From: an uncultured Gemmatimonadota bacterium
GTDB taxonomy: Bacteria > GCA-2686955
Direction of reading: 5' to 3'
Length of the DNA: 39,118 bases
Assembly: GCA_964490075.1 (NCBI GenBank)
Contig: CAZBBK010000057.1
Location: 1 to 39,118, forward strand
This document shows positions 27,682 through 36,560 of this stretch, one piece after another (position 1 is the stretch's first letter; the number at the start of each line of letters is the position of its first letter). The position numbers and the translations under genes were made by a program. Under the pieces are notes generated by a model, which saw only the letters and a list, made by a program, of their open reading frames with translations, ran no database searches and was not told the origin of the DNA.

Positions 27682-28272
27682 ATGTCGAACCCCGTCGAGA
27701 GCCCCATCCGCTGGGCGGCGCTCGATTCACCGATCGGTGCGATCGCCGTCGCCTGGCACGACACCACCGTGGTCGCCGTGGAGATGAGGGCGACGGCCGC
27801 GCGCGATGCCTGGGATGCGCCGGATCGCCCCGCCGACCCTTCGGGACGGATTCTCCGCAGCGTGGAGCGCGCGGGTGGCACCGCACTCGCCGCCGGCGCC
27901 GACTCCTCACCCGTCCCCAAGGCCTTCGCCGCCTACTTCGAAGGGGAGCTCGGCGCGCTCGACCGGCTCGGTGCCGCCCCGCTCTGGGGCACCCCCTTTC
28001 AGCGCCAAATTTGGATGTTGCTGAGAGAGATCCCGGCCGGCTCCACCTGCACCTACGGCCAGCTCGGCGCACGCGCCGGACGTCCGGGCGCCTGCCGCGC
28101 GGTCGGCGGAGCCGTGGGGGCCAATCCTGTTTCGCTGGTCCTGCCTTGCCACCGCGTGGTCGGCGCCAGCGGGCGGCTGACCGGCTTCGGCGGTGGACTG
28201 GAGCGCAAGCTCTGGCTCCTGCGCCACGAAGGTGCGCCCTTCTCGGCTCCGCGGCGGGTCGCCGTGCCCTGA
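27682..28272 (+). CDS. ogt: Methylated-DNA-protein-cysteine S-methyltransferase
   Basis: DSPIG, GTPFQRQIW, IPAG...TYGQ, RAVGGAVGANP, PCHRVV, LTGFGGGLERK. Confidence 0.93.
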   Translation: MSNPVESPIRWAALDSPIGAIAVAWHDTTVVAVEMRATAARDAWDAPDRPADPSGRILRSVERAGGTALAAGADSSPVPKAFAAYFEGELGALDRLGAAPLWGTPFQRQIWMLLREIPAGSTCTYGQLGARAGRPGACRAVGGAVGANPVSLVLPCHRVVGASGRLTGFGGGLERKLWLLRHEGAPFSAPRRVAVP

Positions 28273-28302
28273 GCGCTCCCCCCGCTCGCCTGGAACAATC
28301 CA

Positions 28303-28716
28303 GTGAAAAGAACGCTCTATCTCGCCCTCTGCCTCGCGGCCCTGAGCGGCTGCGGATCGCACGTCCACTTCATCCAGATCGATCCCGGCTTCGAGCCGGC
28401 CGCGCTGGCCTCGGACGCCGGCGTCTCGATGCGCCGCGAGCGCTTCCGCCGCCCCCACCGGGTGGTCGGAATCATCGAGGCGGAGCTCGGCCGCGACGCC
28501 CGCCGAATCGACCTGGACGCGCTCTTGATCGGCAAGGCCCGGGAGATCGGCGCCGATGGGTTGATGCTGGTGGAGTACGATGTGGATCGAGATGTCTACG
28601 TAGAGCGTCACAGCAGGGTCGTGGGCCGCGGCCCCTGGCGCCACCACGTGGTGCGCGCCCGGCGCCGGGTGGATGTCGACAAGCGGGCATCCGCGGTGGC
28701 GGTGGTTTTCGAATAG
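28303..28716 (+). CDS. Hypothetical lipoprotein (weakly YbjQ-like)
   Basis: Lipobox LSGC; VGIIEA...KAREIGADG. Confidence 0.7.
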   Translation: MKRTLYLALCLAALSGCGSHVHFIQIDPGFEPAALASDAGVSMRRERFRRPHRVVGIIEAELGRDARRIDLDALLIGKAREIGADGLMLVEYDVDRDVYVERHSRVVGRGPWRHHVVRARRRVDVDKRASAVAVVFE

Positions 28717-28730
28717 AAGGGAAGGGACAG

Positions 28731-29840
28731 ATGGTCGCTCGATCGATCGGTTTGACCGGTCTGGCGCTGGCCTGGAGCGGCTGTCTCGGAGACGAAACCA
28801 ACAACAACTGGCTGGCTCCGCCGCTGCCGGAGGTCACCATTCTGAAATGGTACGGAGGACGAGAGGCGGCGATCTCACTCACCTACGATGCACCCTGGCG
28901 AGGAGCGGGTTGTCGTGCCTCGATCGGTGTCCAGGCGGCGCATGATCGAGGTCTCGCCATCGACCTGGAGATGGTCACCGCGCAATTCGAGGACGCCGAG
29001 GGTCAGGAGATCGTGGCGGGCATTCCCGAAGAGCTCTTCGCCCAGGGCAGTCGGATCTTCGGTCACGGGCACACCCACATCAACCACGACAGTCTCAGCC
29101 TGGAGCAGGCCTTCGAGGCCTTTTCCACCTGCTACCGGCTGATGGACGAATGGGGACTAGTGCCGCGCGCCTACGCCTACCCGCAAAGCGCCGGCCGCCT
29201 GGCGACCACCCAGATCGCCAACGAGCTGGCCGGGTTCATCTGTGCCCGCGGGTGGGTGGGAACGCCATCGGAAGAGGCGTTGATCTGTCCCGACCAGGAG
29301 ATCGAGCCGGAGCTCTGGCACTACCTGCCGTCGATCGCCATGTCGCGCGACTCCGGCCCCAGCTACGTATCCAACCACGAGCAGCTCGAGCCCTATATGC
29401 AGCAGGCTCTCGATCGCGAGGCATGGTTGATCTTGATGTACCACAGCATCGGCCTCGAGGGCAGCTGGGGCTACTACGAGCTCGCGGAGTTCGAGAAGGA
29501 CGTGGACTTCGTCGTCGAAAACGACTTCTGGTGCGGCAACATGGACAAGGTCGCGATGTAGATCAAGGAGCGCAGCGCCGCGGTGGTCGACGTCGACCTG
29601 TTGAGCGATACCGGTCTCGAGATGGAGCTGCAGCTCAGCGTCTACGATGGATTGGACGACACGATCTACGATCAGCCTCTGACCCTGGAGATCGCCTTTC
29701 CCGCCGACCGCGGCACCTTCAGAGAATGCGCGCAGCTGCGGGACGGGCAAGAGCATACGGCGGAGGCGGTCGGGTCCAACGCATTTCGGATCGATGTGAT
29801 GCCCGACGGAGTGGCGGTGCGGCTGCGCGCGGCCCGTTGA
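28731..29840 (+). pseudogene. Polysaccharide deacetylase (NodB-like) lipoprotein with an in-frame TAG at 29559-29561
   Basis: Lipobox WSGC, AISLTYDA, GHGHTH, YAYP, LMYHSI. The frame continues after ATG-TAG-ATC-AAG-GAG-CGC into YDQPLTL..FP and ends at TGA 29840. Confidence 0.78.
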
Positions 29841-30059
29841 GTGCCGAATCGGCAGCGCGGCCGGCGCGGACCAGCCGGCGACGGAACGGCCTGGCACGAA
29901 GGGATCGTCGGAAGCCGCCGAGCGGCGCGGGACTTGGCTCGCGCGCGGGGCACCCGAGAGGAACCCGAGTAATCCACGTCACGATCCGATAAAGCACCAA
30001 CTGGCGCGATATTGGCGCGATCCTCCGGCGGCGGTGGGGGCTGATTCCAAGTAACGTAT

Positions 30060-30339
30060 ACCAACAAGGTCTTCAAGGAATGGGGCGAGGTCTTCCCGAA
30101 CGCCGCCTGCGTCGTCACCCTCGTCGATCGGTTGGTCCATCACGCCGAGATCATCGCCATCGAGGGCCCCTCATACCGCCTCAAAGAAGCCAAAAAACGC
30201 GAAGTCAAAAGGAAGAACGCAAGGAAGAAGCGAAACTCAAAGACGGCGCCAAAGACCAATCGCCGCAGCTCACCATGATCCCATCCCGACGCCAAGCACC
30301 TTCGCCCTTGTCAACGAATACGCGCGCTTTGTCGTCACA
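30060..30339 (+). mobile_element. istB: IS21-family remnant A: 3' fragment of istB plus right end
   Basis: 30060-30278 reads [44 protein letters not shown] (absent from the ORF track). The end ...TTGTCAAC...TTTGTCGTCACA terminates in CA. Confidence 0.8.
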
Positions 30340-30520
30340 GGCGACAGGGCTGAGGTACTTCATCGCGGCGTGCGCGCAAACCGCACCCTTGCGCACCGCG
30401 TCCACAGCGATCCGGGGAAGCTCTCCCGCCAATGCAAGCCGACGAGAGACCCAACTGCGCGATCGTCCGAAGCGGATCGCGAGCTCCTGATGGCTAGAAC
30501 CGAAGCTGATGAAGCCAGAC
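30340..30520 (-). pseudogene. ParB/Spo0J-type HTH fragment
   Basis: SHQELAIRFGRSRSWVSRRLALAGELP...VRKG...AHAAMKYL; cut at 30339 by the end of remnant A. Confidence 0.65.
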
Positions 30521-30975
30521 CATGGCGCCTGCGCTCTCGGATCGACTTCGTCTCGCCGCGCCGGCGTCGGAAGTCGGACGCCATCTCCTTGCGCCACAAC
30601 AACATGCGAGCTCACTCCGTCTCGCCCACGCCGATCGAGAACTTCAGCCAAAACCTCAAGTACCACAACAAGATCCGGCGACACTACGTCTCGCAGCCCG
30701 TCCCACCGGAGTCGGGCCCTCACCAGCGCATCGGACCCCGGATCCGGATCGACCACGAACCGCTGCCGAACCCCGTGCGCCCGCTCCGCCCGAGACTCCC
30801 GAGACCGCCACGACGCACACGAACGCCGATGACGCTCCCGCTGGCACGCCTCAGCCGAGCACACTCGCTGTCGATCGCCCACTCGAGCCGACGGCGTGAA
30901 CCAACGCCGACAGATCCGACACGGTCGGGGGCGAACACGACCCCGACGCCGACCCCCATTGCTGCTATCCGCCAT
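30521..30975 (-). CDS. Cys-rich (putative Zn-finger) transposon accessory protein; natural 3' end uncertain
   Basis: RPCRICRRWF.P..RVGDRQRVCS...CQRERHRR. GGAGG precedes ATG 30975. Confidence 0.6.
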
Positions 30976-31173
30976 GGTGACCTCCGAGATTCTCTCGAAG
31001 GGTCACCCCGGCCAGCCATTCCCCCAGAACGTCCCACAATTCCAAGCCGCCCCCCGAAAAACACAACTCCCGGACCCGGCCTCCCCGCACCCTCGCCTCT
31101 CCCGCTGGCTCAGTTCTCACGAGCAGGGGCGGGTCAATTCTTGATGGCGGCCAAGCAGCCAGCATAGAACTGC

Positions 31174-32011
31174 TGTGGGTTCCGGAAACTCTGGCCGGTT
31201 GATTCCGGAAATTATGGCCGGTTTGGCCTTGCCCGTTTTCGGGGCATTTTTGGTGAGGTGACGTGTCCTGTAGGATGGTCCGTCGAGGAGGACGAGTCGG
31301 CCCCGCTCAAGGATCCTGTCGACGATGGCATCGGCGAGATCGGGGTCGTGTAGATCTTCTCCCCATTGCGTAAAGGGGGACTTGTTCGTTGTGAAGATCA
31401 TGGGCCGTTTTCGTATGTGGCGATCGTTGACGACGTGGAAGAGTACGTTTGCGGCATCGGCGCCGTAGGTGAGATAGCCAACCTCGTCGACGACGAGTAC
31501 CGCTGGCTGGGTGTATTTGGCCAGGGTTTCGCGGAACCGCCCTTCCCGGCTTGCGCTGGAGAGATCGTCGACGAGCTCCGCGGCGGTGATGAATCTCGCG
31601 TTGAAGCCGTTCTGGATCGCTTTGTAGGCTATGGCGATAGCCAGATGGGTTTTCCCGCGCCCGGTCTTGCCGAGGAGGACCAGGCATCTGCCTTCGGTGA
31701 CGATCTCCGGTCCGAGGTAGACGGCCAGCAGCGCCTGTCTGACGGTGCTCTGTAAGGAGAAGTCGAAGTCCTCGATCGTCCTCAGGAAAGGGAACTTCGC
31801 CCTTCGGACCTCGCGCTGGATCCGCGTATTCTTGGCGATGGGCGATCTCTTCGGCGACGAGGACTCCCAAGAGTTTGCGCGCACTCCAGTCTTCAGCACC
31901 AGCGCGTTCGCACATTTCCGGCCACATTCGCCGCGCATTGGCGAGGTGGAGCCGCTTGAACATGGCGTCGAGGTCCACTGTTTCCGGATCGAAGCTGTAG
32001 GTACGAGTCAT
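31174..32011 (-). pseudogene. istB: IstB ATPase with a +1 frameshift near 31835; frame runs through the IS end (stop at 31117)
   Basis: LKRL-like FKRLHL...EEIAHR, then in a new frame RRAKFP...FDF, GKTGRGKTHLA, LVVDEVGY, TTNK, AIVDRILE, GPSYR. Confidence 0.88.
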
Positions 32012-32973
32012 GGCTGCACCTCCGCATCAAACAGTGTTTGTTGCTGTGCAGGACGAGCGAGGCATCGAGCAACGTATCCGACTTCGAATTTCCCGACATC
32101 TACGGCAGCACGGAATGCCCGGTTGATTGCTTCACCGCCGTGTTTCTGCAGAAGATCGTGCAGTGCCTCTATATCATTCGACCAGCTGCGTGGTCGACGA
32201 TGAACAACCTCGGTAAGAAAGTAGACCGCGGCTTCCCCGGTGTCGAAGAGATGCTGGCGCTGGAGGTAGCGCTTGCCACGTTTCCCCGCAACCGCGGCGA
32301 GATGTGCAGCCCGGTGCTCGGCCAGCGTCGATCCCTTCTTGCGCTCGAATACTCGAGGATGTGTTGCTTCATAGCGACTAGCCACAATGCGGACCCGATC
32401 TCGATAGAGGTAGAGCGTACCGGGTAGATTAGCTGCCTCTGGCGGCATGCTGTAGAGATGTGTGTCATGGGTGACGTGGGCCGTAGGGCCGACTGAAACC
32501 GGGATGCGCAGGGCCAAATCATCGGGGAGTACACGCGGCTCCCGAAAGCGGGCCTGCTCCGCTTCCATACGGGTGGCTGGAATCACATCGGTCGCCCGAC
32601 AGGGACGCTCTGTATTGACCTCATGGTGCCACTCGACCAGCTGTGCGTTGAGATCATCCATGTCATGGAAACGTCGCTGTTTGAAGAACGAGCCCTTGAT
32701 CCAGCCGACGAGATTCTCGACCGCCCCCTTCTGCCTGGGCTGGTAGGGCCAGCAAACCTCCGCTCCAAAGCCGATCTCCAGAGCCGCATAGGCAAACACA
32801 GGATTCCACTCGGTGACCTGGCCGTCCTTGCGCCATTTTGGCGCCACAGTCTTTGGGCGGTCGAAGACGGCGCACAAAGGAACACCGCCGAATGCGACAA
32901 AATGGTCGAGAAGCGTCCGCACAAGTGATTCGACACGCTGGTCCTCAACCACGGCCACCTCGACCCAACGGCG
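32008..32973 (-). pseudogene. istA: IstA DDE transposase, 5'-truncated
   Basis: FGGVPLCAVFDRPKT, CWPYQPRQKGAVENLVGWIK, YSMP. ATGA overlap with istB. Confidence 0.88.
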
Positions 32974-33464
32974 GTCTGTCCAGAGAGCAAGAGCGCGAGG
33001 TGGTTGGCCGAGTCCCACTCGAAGTTGGTAAGGAGCGGCAGCTCCGCCAGCACGTCTGGGCGGAGGCGGTGGGCCTCGTCGAGGACCAGGAGGACGGTGA
33101 GCTTTCGTTCCTTGACCAGTCGTCCGATCTCGTGCTGGATGGCCCGAAGTGTCATCGCCCGAGACCACTGCACCTCGATGCCGAGCTCGGCGGCGATCTG
33201 CCGATAGAGGTCCGCCGCGTTGACGGCGGTGTCGAAGACGTAGAGCGGGCGCACCTGGTCGGGATGGAGGCTCGCGCGCAATCGACGCAGAGCTGTGGTC
33301 TTGCCAGAGCCGGGCTCTCCGGTCACGATCGCGACTCCCCGGGTCTGGACCAGATAGGTCAGCCGGGAGTGGAGCTCGTCGAGGCTGGGACTGGGGAAAA
33401 GGTCCTCGGCGGGGACATCACGGTCGAAAGGGAGACGACGAAAGCCGTAGTGTTTGCGGTACAT
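32974..33464 (-). pseudogene. ExeA/TniB-like AAA ATPase, 3'-truncated by fusion to istA
   Basis: MYRKHYGF..LPF, GEPGSGKT, LLVLDEAH, LLLSGQ; similarity stops there. Confidence 0.85.
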
Positions 33465-33467
33465 CGC

Positions 33468-34805
33468 TCATTGCTCCTGGGCGTAGAATTGGTCGGCGAC
33501 GAGGTCGAGATAGCTGATGCCCGTGAGCGGCTCCTCGCCGGCGGAGCCTTCCTCGGCTCTGTCCTCGCGAGGAATCTCGGCGTTGGCGACGAGATCGAGT
33601 CGTTTCAGCGCAATCTCTGTCGTTTCCCCTCGGCGGCGCATGTGGACGGGGCGAGTCAGGTCGAAGGGGTCAAAGAGAACCTCGACCGTCTCGCCGGCGT
33701 ATCCGTCGGGTGCCTCGAAGACCCGGCTGCGTAGCCTCAGCGTCCGGTCCCGGTTGACCTTGCGCGACACCTGCATGCGCATCATGTCGTCCAGGTTGTC
33801 CGGCGCGGGACGGATCAGGGCGTTGTCCTCCAGGAAGCGATCCAGCGGTGTCTGTCCGCCGATGCCGCGATGCGAGGTCTGGTGGTACTCCGCCTCGAGC
33901 CAGCTCCACCACACCCGATTCAGTGTCGCCAGATCCGAGCGATGGTCCAGCGTCACGTGAGGCAGGAAGGCCGACCGGACCGTCCGAAAGAAGCGCTCGA
34001 CCTTCCATCGACCCCGGGGCCGATAGGGGCGCGAGTGGATCAACGCGATGTTGAGCGTGGCGCAGACGACCTGGAGGTGGTGGGTGCGGTAGGACGAGCC
34101 GTTGTCGCAGTAGAGGCGGCGCGGCACCCCCCGCCGCAGGAGCGCTTGCTTGAGAGCGTCCTGGAAACACGCGGCGTTGTCGGACCCGTAGAAGGCCCCG
34201 TAGGGAACGACGCGGGTCGCGTCATCCAGCAAGACCGAGAGGTAGGTCTTGGCCCCCTCGGTCCTTCCCGGCGCCTCGAGACGCGGACCGTGCATGACGT
34301 CGGTGAGCCACAGGTCGTTGGCGTGGGGGTAGGTGAAGGCCCGGGCATCGGGCTCGGTGCCGGCTCCCTGCCGCTGCGTCCGGCCGAACCCGTGGGCGGC
34401 AAAGAGCCGGTGGACCGTCGACGGAGCGAGCGGGAGCTCGGCCGGCACCTTGCCCGAGAGCCGCACCGCTCGGATGACGCTGACCACCGATGCCTTCGGC
34501 CGCTCCTTTTGCACCGCCAGGAGCAGGTCCTGTACCGCCTCGGGGATCGCCCGGCTCACCCCGGCGTCCATCCGGAGACGGGGCTTGAGGCCGTCGAAAC
34601 CCATCGCCTCGCACAGCGTCATCCAGTCTCGGATCGTCGTGCGCCCGATGCGGTTCCGTCTCGTTCCCGGGATCTCCCACTCCCGTTCGGAGAGCTCTCG
34701 CAGCAGGCGCTCCTTCTCACCTTTGGCGAGCGGTCCGCTCACGAGGTCGCGGATCACGCTGTGACGAAAGAGCGCGATCTTCTCGCGCAGCGTCTCATCC
34801 ATCAT
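33468..34805 (-). CDS. DDE integrase/transposase with N-terminal HTH and Mu-transposase-like C-terminus
   Basis: IALFR..VI, WLTDVMHGP, LDDATR, LYCDNGSSY, KVERFFRTV, YH...H, RKV..D. Confidence 0.9.
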   Translation of the reverse strand: MMDETLREKIALFRHSVIRDLVSGPLAKGEKERLLRELSEREWEIPGTRRNRIGRTTIRDWMTLCEAMGFDGLKPRLRMDAGVSRAIPEAVQDLLLAVQKERPKASVVSVIRAVRLSGKVPAELPLAPSTVHRLFAAHGFGRTQRQGAGTEPDARAFTYPHANDLWLTDVMHGPRLEAPGRTEGAKTYLSVLLDDATRVVPYGAFYGSDNAACFQDALKQALLRRGVPRRLYCDNGSSYRTHHLQVVCATLNIALIHSRPYRPRGRWKVERFFRTVRSAFLPHVTLDHRSDLATLNRVWWSWLEAEYHQTSHRGIGGQTPLDRFLEDNALIRPAPDNLDDMMRMQVSRKVNRDRTLRLRSRVFEAPDGYAGETVEVLFDPFDLTRPVHMRRRGETTEIALKRLDLVANAEIPREDRAEEGSAGEEPLTGISYLDLVADQFYAQEQ

Positions 34806-34875
34806 CGGTTCTCCTTGGCAGACTCCGCGAGGTCCATTCCCCGCGGGCACCGTCAAGGTCTACCGGGTCACACGA

Positions 34876-35457
34876 TCAGCTCCCACTGCCAAGGTCTGTT
34901 GCGACCTGACGGATCAAGAGACATGGCCGCCCGCGGCGGTAGAGACCGCAGGGCCCGCCGAAGAAGACGGCGAACCGGGCCATGAGCCAGCGCCGCAACC
35001 GCACGAGCGCTCCGGGTGCGGAGCCCACCACCGCGCGTACCCGGTCGAGGACGCTCCCGGGCGTGGCGGGCAGAAGCGCCGACACGGCCTGCCCCCACAA
35101 ACGACGAACACCGCCGCGCATGCGTCGAGCTCGGCGCACGGCCTCCGGACCGGGAGCGTCGAGCTCCCGAGCGCCAGCGGTGGGACCCGGGGCAGCCATC
35201 ACCCGCTCCAACTCATCCAGCGTGCCCCGCTGGTAGGCACAAAGATCCTCTGGCAGAACAGCGTGGGTCATCCCGCAGCGAGGACATCGCACTCGACGGA
35301 TCTCGCGCAGATCCTCGTAGACGTTGCGCCGGTAGCTCCCGTGCGGTCGCAAGCGCGCCGCGCAGCCAGGCTCCGGGCAATCCAGCTCCGGCCACTGCTC
35401 TGCCCTCCGGTGCACCTCCCAATAGTCGTTGGTCCGAATGCCCGTCGCCGCTATCAT
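34876..35457 (-). CDS. DUF6431-like Zn-ribbon protein
   Basis: CPEPGC...HGSYRR...RRVRCPRCGMTHAVLP. Confidence 0.7.
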   Translation of the reverse strand: MIAATGIRTNDYWEVHRRAEQWPELDCPEPGCAARLRPHGSYRRNVYEDLREIRRVRCPRCGMTHAVLPEDLCAYQRGTLDELERVMAAPGPTAGARELDAPGPEAVRRARRMRGGVRRLWGQAVSALLPATPGSVLDRVRAVVGSAPGALVRLRRWLMARFAVFFGGPCGLYRRGRPCLLIRQVATDLGSGS

Positions 35458-35565
35458 GGAGAACCTCCGGCCCGCCGGAACCTCCGAGGTTTGCCACCAT
35501 GTAGGGGTTTCGGTGGGTTGGTTTGTACAGCCCGACCACCGGACTGTCCCGTCGACGGATCTACA

Positions 35566-35939
35566 CGAAAGCGGCTCTACGTGGCAAGGGGGACGGCGGC
35601 GGAGGCGGATGGGAGGGGGCGGCTACACCACTTCCGAGCTTCCCGGACGACCTCTACGAGACGAAGCTCACCGACACCGCGTACGGCTACCGGGCGATTT
35701 CACCCGACCTCATCGACGGCAAGATGCGTCTCGGATCGAGAGCGAGGGATTTCTACCTGGTCATCGCCGCCGGCATCGGAGGAACCGGCATGCCGGCGAT
35801 GCATGATGCATTCGAGAGTGGCGATATCTGGGCTCTGGCGCACTATGTGCGCTGGTTGCGTGGCTATCGCTCCTCCGCGAGCAGCGATCGAACTCCGCGT
35901 CCGACCCTCTCCACGAAATCCTCGTCCTTGGGATCATAG
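35566..35939 (+). pseudogene. C-terminal fragment of a c-type cytochrome, 5'-truncated
   Basis: FYLVIAAGIGGTGMPAM...DIWALAHYVRWL (axial-Met region and last helix). No CxxCH remains. Confidence 0.65.
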
Positions 35940-36496
35940 TAGGCACGGATGCGTCCGGCGCCATCAACGAGCACGAAATGGCTGCCGTGGAAGCTGTTTC
36001 GATAGTCGTCGCCGACCCGGGCCATCACGATCTTGAATCCCTCCACGATCGTGAGCCGCAACTCTTCGAGGGGCCCGGTGAGGAAGCTCCAGTTCTCTTC
36101 GTCGGCCCGGTGCTGCCGCGCGTACTCCTTCAGGATCTCGGGCGTATCGAAGTCCGGATCGACGCTGAACGAGACCAGCTGGAATCGATCCCCCAGCTCA
36201 CGCGTTTCTTCCTGAATCTCTCTCATCTGACCCGTCAAAGCAGGACAGATCGTAAGGCAGCGCGTGAAGATGAAGTTGGCCAACCAGGCCCTACCGCGCA
36301 GTTCATCGGCGCTGAAATCGCGGCCGAGCTGATCGGTGAGCTCGAATCGGTGGATCGCGCCAAGATCGGGCAAGGGTGTCTCGCGGTCGCCGGACCGATT
36401 CCAGATCGCGATCGCGGCGAGAGCAAAGAGCAGGAACGCCAGCGTTCGGGTCGTGATGGAGCCGGAGCTTCGACGATTCGGAGGAGGATCGATCAT
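35864..36496 (-). CDS. SCO1/SenC copper chaperone
   Basis: TM anchor, FELTDQ.G, FIFTRCLTICP (CxxxC), SVDP..DTP, W.FLTG, HGSHFVLVD. Confidence 0.92.
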   Translation of the reverse strand: MIDPPPNRRSSGSITTRTLAFLLFALAAIAIWNRSGDRETPLPDLGAIHRFELTDQLGRDFSADELRGRAWLANFIFTRCLTICPALTGQMREIQEETRELGDRFQLVSFSVDPDFDTPEILKEYARQHRADEENWSFLTGPLEELRLTIVEGFKIVMARVGDDYRNSFHGSHFVLVDGAGRIRAYYDPKDEDFVERVGRGVRSLLAEER

Positions 36497-36560
36497 GGTG
36501 ATGCCGCAGCGGTTAGGATTCGTTTGAGAGGGATATTTCCTCTGCGCTCTGGAGATTCCT

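Larger units (their letters stand above)
30340..31157 (-). mobile_element. IS21-like remnant B: left end, Cys-rich ORF and ParB-HTH fragment
   Basis: End TGCTTGGCCGCCATCAAGAATTGACCC with a second box AGAACTGAGCC 24 bp further in. Confidence 0.65.
31174..32973 (-). mobile_element. IS21-family remnant C (istA 3' part, istB, right end)
   Basis: End TGTGGGTTCCGGAAACTCTGGCCGGTT with 21-bp direct repeats at 31180-31200 and 31203-31223. Confidence 0.85.
32974..35565 (-). mobile_element. Three-gene transposon (DUF6431-like + DDE/Mu-like transposase + ExeA-like AAA ATPase); right part deleted
   Basis: Co-oriented gene trio. Candidate left end TGTAGATCCGTCGACGGG at 35565 coincides with truncation of the cytochrome gene. 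Confidence 0.72.

Noticed and set aside
21333..28272. Lhr + VapBC + Ogt as an anti-phage defence island
   Set aside because: Mixed orientations, common housekeeping or TA families, and no recognisable defence partner genes.
29559..29561. Genome-wide TAG recoding or pyrrolysine
   Set aside because: TAG ends several intact genes here (10596, 11661, 19945, 26834, 28716) and no pyl genes are seen.
31107..31223. Short direct repeats as a mini-CRISPR
   Set aside because: Only pairs with 23-24 bp period and no spacers or cas genes; they fit IS21 terminal repeats.
32583..33168. Full-length 293-aa ATPase and 386-aa IstA as listed in the ORF track
   Set aside because: Both are chimeric across the ~32973 deletion junction.
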